Positions 27,012 to 35,790 of a DNA stretch of 64,000 nt are shown piece by piece (the first letter of the stretch is position 1; every line of letters begins with the position of its first letter). This DNA is from an uncultured virus (IMG/VR IMGVR_UViG_3300008110_000044) (lineage: Duplodnaviria; Heunggongvirae; Uroviricota; Caudoviricetes), in IMG/VR virus record IMGVR_UViG_3300008110_000044. One strand, given 5' to 3'. Under the pieces are notes generated by a model that worked only from the letters and a program-made list of their open reading frames with translations, had not been told where the DNA came from and made no database searches. The position numbers and the translations under genes were made by a program.

Positions 27012-30000
27012 TTAGCACTCTTTACTTATTTGTTTATCTTGTCTTGCATCTTCTACTCTCGTAGCTATTGACTTCTTATTACCTTCTAGATCATCTAGCA
27101 AACCTGGATCAAAATCACCAAAGTCAGTTATACCTTCTCCAAACTCTGCATTTAATAACATATCTGCTAAACTACCAGTATCTGTAGAAGCTTCTTTTTT
27201 ACCACCTCCAAGAGCATCGCGTAAAGTCTTTTTATAAGACTCAATCTGAGAACTACTTAGTTTACTTCCACGATTACCGGCTACGTTAAGAGTCTGTATA
27301 TTATTATCGTTTAAGAATTTAGCTAACTCTTCTGTAGTGGGATTAGCAATATAAGGTTTGTTATTTTGCTTTAAAAGATTAATTGTAAGCTTAGATCCAG
27401 CAGAATTAAGATCTCCAAAAACTACAGTACCGTCTGATGCTTTTACATTTTTTTCTGTTCTTGGGTTATAACTAGAAGATGAATCTTCTGTTAGTCCAAG
27501 TTCTTTTAAACTAATGTCTGCACCTTTCTCAGTTTTATATCCTTTTGGAGCAATACCACCAGTCTTAATACCTAACTCTTTAGCAACTTCTAAACCTAAT
27601 CTATCAGCACCAGTTTGACCACCAGAAATAATTTTAGTAACTGGAGTTGACACAGATTTCTTTTCTAAAGGAGCAGGCTGAGCTTCAACTTTAGGAGCAG
27701 CTTTCTTTTTTTCTTCTCCTGTAAACTCAAAGTTTATTACAGGGTTAGCAAAGTGAACAAGTTCACTATCAGGATCAGAAGGATTAACAGGTACTCCAGG
27801 AGCAACGTTTGTCTCTAGGATATTAAACATATGTTCGTTGTAGGTCATAGGCTCAGATTTAATCAGCTTACCGCCAACAACACTTAAGAACTGTATCTTT
27901 TTATCAGAGTTAATCCCAGTATTCTTAGCATCGGTAAACTTAGTATTGTAATATACTAATGCTGCTAAGTTATAATACTTATCTTGATTATCCTGAGTAA
28001 GTTGTGAAGGAGATTTAAGCATAAGCTTATCTTGATCTTCATTCTGAGTTTCTACTGCCCAAGTAATAAGAGTACCATCAGGTAAGATATTAATCTGAGA
28101 AGTATTAGGCTTAAGAGGATCATACCTCATTTCAGAAGATGTAAACGTAATGTAATCGTTTATATAATCCTGAAGAAGTTTAAAGTCTGGAGCTTCATCT
28201 GTTTCTAGTTTAGAACCATAAGCCTCGTATACTGCATTTGCTATTTTGTAAGCTTCTGATTTAGTGTCATACTTCTTACTAGCTTTATTCTCAGTATTTA
28301 ATTTATGAAAAGCTTTCCAAGATTCTAGAATAAAGTCTTGATGTCCTGCATTCAAAGTAGGTACGGATACCCAGCTTACAAGTTTTTTACCTGTAGGCGT
28401 GGTCATGATAACCATAGGCCATCCGTTAAGACTAGTTTTATCTGCAAATGTCTGGCTAACTTTAGAAGGAAGAATAAGATCATCCTCATTTTCAGTCAAG
28501 GGTTGGTTTAATCCTACATAAGGAACGCCATTCTTTATAATAGCAATCTGAGTGTTTGGATGAAATACCTCTGACAGCTTTCTCATTTTAGAATCTGTCA
28601 TAAGAGTACCATCTGATTTTGCAGACACTACAGCGGTTTGTTCTATTACGCCTTGATTATTATACTTATCCATAAGTTCTTTACGAATCTTACGGATCAT
28701 ATCTATATTGATAGCACGGTTATCTATAGTCTCTCCATCTACAAATATTTCATCCACAATGTTCTTACTATCACCGTTCTCTAAAGACTGTGTTACCCAT
28801 CTTTCTGTAGGAAGATAACCAAGCTTTATTTCTTTACCGTCTACAGTTGCATAAATAACAACTGGAAAATCAGATTCAGCCTCAGGTTTAATCTTACCGT
28901 CTTTAGCAAAGTAATCATCTCTTGTCTTCTTTGACTTAACATCTGAGTTAAGATAGTCGTACTCATCAAATGACTTCATCTCACTATCTACACGAATGCT
29001 TAGTACAGTATTAAGACCTATTTTACTTGTAGCCATTACAAGAGGATAGTTTTTATTTACACCTTCTTTTGTAAGAAGGGTGTCTTTACCAGGATCTGTC
29101 TTAGTTCTTGTAACAAAGAATGTATTATTAATCTTTCTATAACCATTAACAGCTTTCTTATTTCTGGTAAGAGAACTATTCTTCTTTTCTAAATCAGCAT
29201 CAATACCATTTTTACTATTAGCCTGATCTAGAGTTGTACCACGAGTTTTGCTTACATCTACAATCTGCCCATTAACAAACTTCTTACGTGGATTCTTTTT
29301 AGTATCACGTCTATTTACTTCTGAAGCAGGTAACTCACCTTTATTAGGATTCTTTACAAGCTTAGCATATCCGTTATTTAAAACTTCTTGTATCTTCTCT
29401 TTAGGTACATCTACAGTCTGATCTTGAGTAACTACTGTTACATTACCATCAGATGTAAACCCAATAACTTGTATATCTGGATTAACACCATCTTGAATAG
29501 TATCTCCAAGATTTAGAGTAAATCCGCCAACAGTCATTGATACCGCTGTATCAACAGGAGTAGCTCCTTCTGTTTCAGTATCTTCAGCTGGTTCTTCTTC
29601 TACTTTTTCTACCTTCTCAGGTTTCTTACCGTAAACAAACTTAATATCTTCAGGATCAGTCTCTGACTCAACAGGGTAAACATCTTTATAGCTTACACTA
29701 TACTTAGCAAGTACTTTAGAAGCATCATTATTAAATCTTAAAAAGCTAGTTGGATCAGCTGCTTTTTGTCCAGCCTCTTCCTGCTCAGCTTTGTACTTCT
29801 TGTATAAAAGCTCTAAATCATCTTGTAAACCCTCTATATTAAGAGGTTCTTGTTGTACTACCTCACCTTCAGCACCTTCTATTTCTGCAGTCTCATCTTC
29901 TGTTGCACTTTGTAAAAGCTTAGCTAGATCACCATCCTCATCCATAACACGAGCTTCTGCCACATGTTCTTCATTAAACTTTTCACCAGCTTTTGTAATA

Positions 30001-32654
30001 GCATCTACTATACGATCATGTAAAGATATAAACTGAGTAGGGTTAGCTATAACATTAAAGGCATCTATATATCCATAATGATCTTTGTATAACTGCATGT
30101 AATCCATGAAGTTATCATATACTTTTGTAAAGTCAGTTTGTTTAACAGCTACTTCTTTTTGATTCTTCTCAGCATTCTTACTATTTACATAGTCACGAAA
30201 AGCTTTATTAAATTCTCTCTTTTTAAAGAGTGAACGAATATCTTGATCTTCTGCATTTAAAAGAACATAACCTTCTATCCATTTATCTAAAGCAGCTATC
30301 TGCTGTTCTTTAGCTTTAATCAATCTTTTTGTTGCTGCATCAGGTTTTTCCATAGACTCTAGCTGAGCTAGTTCTTGTCTAAGTAGCATAGCTTCACTTC
30401 CTGCAGCTTGCATATCTCCAAGATTACGGAATGCTATTTCTACAGAAGATCCTATATTAGGAATAGCTGCCATTTGGCTTTGTAGCTCTACAGCTCTTTC
30501 AATAGCTTTCTTAGATTTAAAATCAAGAGTAGCCATAATTTCTATAGCTTCATCAAGGGCTTTCTTAGAATAGTTAGCTATCTTTCTTTCAGGTGTACCT
30601 TCTTTATATAGTTCAGGTATAACTAAATCAGAATATCTATCTTTTAGGCTCTTCCAGTTTTGATGAAAGTCTTTAGCTGAATCAGACACTTTAGTAAAGA
30701 AATCTTTTACAGAAGATACATTATCCTCTGTCATCTCCATACCAAAAGCTTCTTTGAATTCTTTTGCATCCATCTTATCAGCAAAAGTTTTCATTGTCTC
30801 CATCAGAGGCTCAAACATGTTTGTCTTAATAGCAGCAGAAACTGTTCTTGCAAAACCAGAATCTTTGGCATTAGTAAACACATATTGATCTCTATTAGCA
30901 ATAGCTTCATCCATGGTATTAGCTACCTTGTTCTGAATCTTTACGTTAGCAATATGCTCATTCATGAATCTATTAGGATTCTGGTAGAATGCATTAATTA
31001 GATCTACAGATTCTTGAATGTCTGTTTTTCTTTGTTCACGTTGTTCAGCAGTAGTACCAGCATAAAGTTTAGCCTGACCAATAGCAAAATTTATAGGGGA
31101 TATTAATCTACCAGTAAGAGCACCCATTAAGAATGTCTTAAGACCTTGATTATTTTGAGCAAGGTCACTACCTGCAGACTTTATATATTTTGAAAAGTCT
31201 CCACCATTTACTCCATGGTAAAGATCATAATAGTATTTCTGAAGACTTAAGTTACTACCTTCTTGTAAAATTTCTTGTAAACCTTCTGTAGCTTCCCACT
31301 TAAAGATATTAGATCCAAGTGACTTAGCTGCCTCCCAGGCTGCTGTACGTCTACCAAAATCTTTAGCAATATCTCCATACAAACCTACACCACCAAGACG
31401 TCCTTTTACATACGTCTTAGTAAGATTCTTTCCAGCAACAGTTAATACATCATCAGAGTATCCAGCTGCTTCTCCTAAAACTCTTCTACCAAAATTAAAC
31501 TTAGTAAATAGATTATCAAACTGTAGTCTATTAGAAAGCATTAAGATACCAGCGTTTACACCAAAGTTGTCTGTTGCTGCATCATAAGATAGTTCTCTCA
31601 TTCTTTCTATCTTATCACCACTTGGCATCTCTCCAGTTCTACGTAGCTCTTCATCATAAAGATTACTGTATAGCTCACCATAAGTACCTGCAGCTTCCAT
31701 TCTTGCTTCAGTAAAAGCCATGTTGGCTTCACCAAGCATACGTCTTACTCCACCAACACCAATGGAGGCAAGTTGTAAAGCACCTGCTCCAGCTCTATTA
31801 TAACGAGCAATATCATCAACTGTACCTACTAAAGGCACAAACTTCTTAGCACCATTTACTAAACCATTAACAAAATTATCTGAACGGGTTAAGACATGTC
31901 CTGCCTTTGCCATATCAGCAACTACGTCTGCTTTAGTAACAGTTCTTCCTAACCATCTAGGAGCACTTAATCCAAGTTTAGCTAATGAAAATTCTGTACT
32001 TAATCCAAGAGTAAGCAGTTCTTCTGTAACAAATTGACCTATAGTTCCAAGAGCAAAACCACTTTGCTGAACCATATCACCGAAGAACTTTCTATTCATA
32101 AGTTCACCAGAGTCAGACTCTGGCGTTGCAAAAATAGCATACTTATTCATGATAGATTCATGAAGCTTACTCTGCTCTAGTAGTTCTTCAGGTGTACCAA
32201 TAAGTTTAGATGAATCCCATGTAGCAATAGCTTCGGCTAGTTTACCCCAACCTTTCCATCCTTCTACATAAGTATCAGATGCAAGTTTCCAAGCTCCACC
32301 TAAAGCGTTACCCCAAACATCACCCCAAGACTGTACAGCTCCGTACTTGTATTCATTACCGTAACCTTCTAAAGGATTAAAACCTAATTGACCAAAGTAC
32401 TGAGAGTTAGTATATCTATCTAGTTTAGTTCCTACTGGATCAAACGTAGTAGGTGCTGCCAATGCTGTAGCACTAGCAGGCTTATCAAAGTTTAAAGATT
32501 TTACAGGATCATAAGGTTGTGAACTTCCAAAGCTTGCAGCTGGACCATTCACAATATCTAGAATACCAGACCCCCCAGGAAGAGTAGGAAGTGGTTCAGG
32601 TATTAGACTGCTGGGTTGCAGCATGTCAGGTATTACTGAATTTAAAAATTCCAT
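27012..32654 (-). CDS. Giant virion cargo/ejection protein with C-terminal cpYpsA/SLOG-like domain, 1880 aa
   Basis: Gly/Ala-rich hydrophobic N-terminal part (EGLQEILQE); C-terminal IISGGQTGADR...RTEKNVKASDGT...LNVAGNR; only Cys is the last residue. Confidence 0.8.
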   Translation of the reverse strand: MEFLNSVIPDMLQPSSLIPEPLPTLPGGSGILDIVNGPAASFGSSQPYDPVKSLNFDKPASATALAAPTTFDPVGTKLDRYTNSQYFGQLGFNPLEGYGNEYKYGAVQSWGDVWGNALGGAWKLASDTYVEGWKGWGKLAEAIATWDSSKLIGTPEELLEQSKLHESIMNKYAIFATPESDSGELMNRKFFGDMVQQSGFALGTIGQFVTEELLTLGLSTEFSLAKLGLSAPRWLGRTVTKADVVADMAKAGHVLTRSDNFVNGLVNGAKKFVPLVGTVDDIARYNRAGAGALQLASIGVGGVRRMLGEANMAFTEARMEAAGTYGELYSNLYDEELRRTGEMPSGDKIERMRELSYDAATDNFGVNAGILMLSNRLQFDNLFTKFNFGRRVLGEAAGYSDDVLTVAGKNLTKTYVKGRLGGVGLYGDIAKDFGRRTAAWEAAKSLGSNIFKWEATEGLQEILQEGSNLSLQKYYYDLYHGVNGGDFSKYIKSAGSDLAQNNQGLKTFLMGALTGRLISPINFAIGQAKLYAGTTAEQREQRKTDIQESVDLINAFYQNPNRFMNEHIANVKIQNKVANTMDEAIANRDQYVFTNAKDSGFARTVSAAIKTNMFEPLMETMKTFADKMDAKEFKEAFGMEMTEDNVSSVKDFFTKVSDSAKDFHQNWKSLKDRYSDLVIPELYKEGTPERKIANYSKKALDEAIEIMATLDFKSKKAIERAVELQSQMAAIPNIGSSVEIAFRNLGDMQAAGSEAMLLRQELAQLESMEKPDAATKRLIKAKEQQIAALDKWIEGYVLLNAEDQDIRSLFKKREFNKAFRDYVNSKNAEKNQKEVAVKQTDFTKVYDNFMDYMQLYKDHYGYIDAFNVIANPTQFISLHDRIVDAITKAGEKFNEEHVAEARVMDEDGDLAKLLQSATEDETAEIEGAEGEVVQQEPLNIEGLQDDLELLYKKYKAEQEEAGQKAADPTSFLRFNNDASKVLAKYSVSYKDVYPVESETDPEDIKFVYGKKPEKVEKVEEEPAEDTETEGATPVDTAVSMTVGGFTLNLGDTIQDGVNPDIQVIGFTSDGNVTVVTQDQTVDVPKEKIQEVLNNGYAKLVKNPNKGELPASEVNRRDTKKNPRKKFVNGQIVDVSKTRGTTLDQANSKNGIDADLEKKNSSLTRNKKAVNGYRKINNTFFVTRTKTDPGKDTLLTKEGVNKNYPLVMATSKIGLNTVLSIRVDSEMKSFDEYDYLNSDVKSKKTRDDYFAKDGKIKPEAESDFPVVIYATVDGKEIKLGYLPTERWVTQSLENGDSKNIVDEIFVDGETIDNRAINIDMIRKIRKELMDKYNNQGVIEQTAVVSAKSDGTLMTDSKMRKLSEVFHPNTQIAIIKNGVPYVGLNQPLTENEDDLILPSKVSQTFADKTSLNGWPMVIMTTPTGKKLVSWVSVPTLNAGHQDFILESWKAFHKLNTENKASKKYDTKSEAYKIANAVYEAYGSKLETDEAPDFKLLQDYINDYITFTSSEMRYDPLKPNTSQINILPDGTLITWAVETQNEDQDKLMLKSPSQLTQDNQDKYYNLAALVYYNTKFTDAKNTGINSDKKIQFLSVVGGKLIKSEPMTYNEHMFNILETNVAPGVPVNPSDPDSELVHFANPVINFEFTGEEKKKAAPKVEAQPAPLEKKSVSTPVTKIISGGQTGADRLGLEVAKELGIKTGGIAPKGYKTEKGADISLKELGLTEDSSSSYNPRTEKNVKASDGTVVFGDLNSAGSKLTINLLKQNNKPYIANPTTEELAKFLNDNNIQTLNVAGNRGSKLSSSQIESYKKTLRDALGGGKKEASTDTGSLADMLLNAEFGEGITDFGDFDPGLLDDLEGNKKSIATRVEDARQDKQISKEC

Positions 32655-32670
32655 AGAGGTCCGGTTACTT

Positions 32671-35600
32671 TTATTTTAAACCACGCTTCTTTAGTTCCTC
32701 CAAAATATTAAATGCAGGAGCTGCAGAAGAGTTCATACTTGAATTATATTGTTGCTGAGTTTGTCTATTAACAGCTCTTAACTGAGTAACAGTATTATTG
32801 ATCATCGTCATAACTTCATCCGGTGTCATTCTATTATCCCCAGTAAATGAAAAATCTCTGGTTTCTGTTCTTTGTTCAATAGTAGAACTAAATACTCCAG
32901 TTTGTGGATCTTTCTTTAATACTTTAAAAGGATAATTAATTGTAACTGTTCCGCCATCAGGATTTCTATTATCATTAGGAACTACTTCGTAGCTAATACC
33001 AAATGAATTAAAGAAGTCATCACTCTTAACTGTCTCACCTTGTAATAGTTTTTCATATATATAGTTACCACTATTACGAGGAAGATTATTTAAGTTGGGA
33101 CCTTTTGCAGCTGGGCTAAGTTCTATAACAAATGAAGTCTTACCAAGATCGTTTATATCAACACCTCCTATTTCATTTTTATCACTACTAGACATTTCTT
33201 TTAATCCAAATACAATAGATGGATTACCAGTGGCTCCTTGCGTATAATACTGGTAACTACCTACATATTTACTTAAGTTCTCACGTCCAGACAAGAGTCT
33301 TTTAATAGCCTCTCTATCTTTCATATCGTCCATAACTGTTGTCTCACCAGTTTCATCAACAGTATACATGTTAATCTGATTACCTGGAAGTAAAGCTTCT
33401 TGGAAGATAGCAAAAGCTTGAGGATCATTTTTCTTATCATCAGCATTCAGATTCCATACAGTTCCAAGCTGAGCTACTTTATTTTGGAAGTATTGTAGCT
33501 TAGGTACAACAGATGAATAAGCTTTACCTAAAGTTTTTGCAAACTCATCTGGCCTGCCTATCCTTCCTTCTAACCTAGCGATATCTCCTAACACAGCATA
33601 CTGCTGTCCGTCAACTTCTATTCTATGCTCAAAGTCATCTTTACTCATTCTTGAAAGACTAATCTTTGAAACTTTCCCAGAAAATATAGCTTCTGCTAAT
33701 TTATCATTATCAACTCTTGTTTCAGGATTACTTGATACTGAACGAGCATCAATAAGCCTAATATTTGATTGATTTAATATATCTACAACATCTTGTTTAG
33801 TAAGTAAATCTTTTCCATCATCAGTATCTTTTAAAACTTTACCAAATTCCTTAACGTTACTTGCAACATGTTGTTTAACAAGATCCTTTCTATTCTTTTC
33901 GTTAGCAAGATATTCATTACTTGCTCTATCAGCCTCTACATAAGATGTAAAGATTTGATCTTCTTCGGGTGTAAAGTCAATACCTTGGTCTCTTTTCTTT
34001 GCAAAATAATCTTTTGAATAAGCTATAATACCTTCTCTAAGACTATTTACTTTAGTATCTTTCCAATACTTTTGGAACTCAGGTGTTCCAGAAAGCTTAG
34101 CTAATGCCATAGCTTCCTTTTCAGTCCAAGTAAATTTATCACCTTGTTCAAGTTGACGTCTAAGTCCACTTGATACTTGCATAACTTCATCGGTAGAAAG
34201 TCCAGTACTTTTAAGAACTTGAACTAAACCCTTTGAACCAAATAAATTATTATTAGCTGTCTCAACAAGACGAGCTTGACCGGCATTAAATACTAATGCA
34301 GCACTACCTTTATCTAAAATATTAGTAGTACCCATACCCATATATTGAGCACCTGTGGTTCCCTGCTCACCTTCTAAAGTAGGTCCAAATGTTGTTATTG
34401 GATTACCGTTCTCGTCAAAAGATACTGACGCCTTACCTTTACCAGTAGCTTTACCAGAAAGAACTGCTTGTCTATAAGCATTAAGATCTGCTTGCTTTTG
34501 TTGTTCAAAAACAAGTTTCTTTTCTTCACGATAGTCATCTTGCATTGCAAAGAAAGCCTCATTCTTTTTGATCTCTCTTTTTTCTATTTCTGCTCTTGCA
34601 GTAGACCAGTTATTAATAGTAGTTTGTTTAGCTAATGTAGAAAAGTAACCACTTGGATCAGACTTAACTCTATCAACAAGTCTAGATCTCTGACCATCTA
34701 CATCAGTTTCAAACCCTTTATACTCTTCATTAATTCTTTGTTTAAGAAGAGTTAGATCATCAATCTCTTTAAGTAAAGCTTGAATGTTCTTTACCTGATT
34801 AGGATCTTTAGTTTCATTACCATATGCTTTAACAAGGGATTTAGTCTCATTAATAGCAGAGTCAATTTTACCTATTCTATTCTTATAGCCAGAAGCTAGA
34901 TTATCTGCAGAATAATTTGCTATTAAATCATTCATTTGCTGTTTGCTATAATTAGCATAAGCTGGATTAGATCTAAGAGACTTCTCTAAATTTTCTGACT
35001 GAACTATACCTGTAATTTTAAACTGCTGATCAAAGTTATTACCTAACATTCCTTCTGCCCATGTAGCAAACTTCTTTAATGAACGCTGTCCATTAGTAGT
35101 GCTTACTAAGTATGCACCATCTGCACTAGCTTCATCCCATACAATCTTAAGACCGCCTTCTCCATCGCTATTTTTCTTAGCCATTTCTTGAAGATACTCT
35201 TCTAAGTTTGTAAACGGAACAGCTTCTCTTCTTTCAAGAGCATTAAAATCTTCATCATTTCTACCTGCAGCTTGTAGTTTTTGCATACCGTTATTTAGGT
35301 ATTGCTCTACAATAGGTGAATATAAAGCTCTTAATTTAGGATCAGTAGAATCTCTCCAGCCAGCAAGCTTTTGACCAGCTGCCATATAATGCTGACTAAG
35401 ATTATAATCTTTCATTATATATTTATCTTGCCAAAAAGGAGCAAAGATTGATTGAGCAGTCTGAATGTTTTGTGGTAAAGATAGATCTGCACTTGCTAAC
35501 TTCTTAAGTTGTTCTTGTGCATCTTTTACATATTTATCCCTAACAGGAATATTCTCTGCAGATCCAAGAGGAGCATTTAGCACAGAACTATACGCAGAAC

Positions 35601-35730
35601 GAACTTGGCTAACGCCTTGTTCATACTGAGCCTGCTTACGTTGCATCATCTGATTTATAAAATTATAATCAGGCTGATACAAGTAAGGATCTGGCACTGT
35701 TTGCTGTATAAAAGGTAAGTACTGGGCCAT
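32671..35730 (-). CDS. Virion cargo/internal protein, 1019 aa
   Basis: MAQYL...YQPDYNF N-terminus, no Cys seen, helical; lies between the tail genes and the vRNAP trio. Confidence 0.7.
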   Translation of the reverse strand: MAQYLPFIQQTVPDPYLYQPDYNFINQMMQRKQAQYEQGVSQVRSAYSSVLNAPLGSAENIPVRDKYVKDAQEQLKKLASADLSLPQNIQTAQSIFAPFWQDKYIMKDYNLSQHYMAAGQKLAGWRDSTDPKLRALYSPIVEQYLNNGMQKLQAAGRNDEDFNALERREAVPFTNLEEYLQEMAKKNSDGEGGLKIVWDEASADGAYLVSTTNGQRSLKKFATWAEGMLGNNFDQQFKITGIVQSENLEKSLRSNPAYANYSKQQMNDLIANYSADNLASGYKNRIGKIDSAINETKSLVKAYGNETKDPNQVKNIQALLKEIDDLTLLKQRINEEYKGFETDVDGQRSRLVDRVKSDPSGYFSTLAKQTTINNWSTARAEIEKREIKKNEAFFAMQDDYREEKKLVFEQQKQADLNAYRQAVLSGKATGKGKASVSFDENGNPITTFGPTLEGEQGTTGAQYMGMGTTNILDKGSAALVFNAGQARLVETANNNLFGSKGLVQVLKSTGLSTDEVMQVSSGLRRQLEQGDKFTWTEKEAMALAKLSGTPEFQKYWKDTKVNSLREGIIAYSKDYFAKKRDQGIDFTPEEDQIFTSYVEADRASNEYLANEKNRKDLVKQHVASNVKEFGKVLKDTDDGKDLLTKQDVVDILNQSNIRLIDARSVSSNPETRVDNDKLAEAIFSGKVSKISLSRMSKDDFEHRIEVDGQQYAVLGDIARLEGRIGRPDEFAKTLGKAYSSVVPKLQYFQNKVAQLGTVWNLNADDKKNDPQAFAIFQEALLPGNQINMYTVDETGETTVMDDMKDREAIKRLLSGRENLSKYVGSYQYYTQGATGNPSIVFGLKEMSSSDKNEIGGVDINDLGKTSFVIELSPAAKGPNLNNLPRNSGNYIYEKLLQGETVKSDDFFNSFGISYEVVPNDNRNPDGGTVTINYPFKVLKKDPQTGVFSSTIEQRTETRDFSFTGDNRMTPDEVMTMINNTVTQLRAVNRQTQQQYNSSMNSSAAPAFNILEELKKRGLK

Positions 35731-35732
35731 AT

Positions 35733-35790
35733 TCTACATTATAATATACTTAAAAATCTGTGAAGTTTAAAACTAAACTTACTAGGTTTA
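35733..35790 (-). promoter_or_regulatory. Conserved ~58-bp intergenic element (putative late promoter/operator), copy A
   Basis: Aligns with 48567-48625 along its whole length; core GTATATTATAATGTAGA on the - strand. Confidence 0.65.

Noticed and set aside
18679..27020. Terminal cysteines as split-intein junctions
   Set aside because: No Hint-domain motifs or C-terminal His-Asn are visible, and the N-terminal Cys is residue 3 rather than the first residue of an intein.
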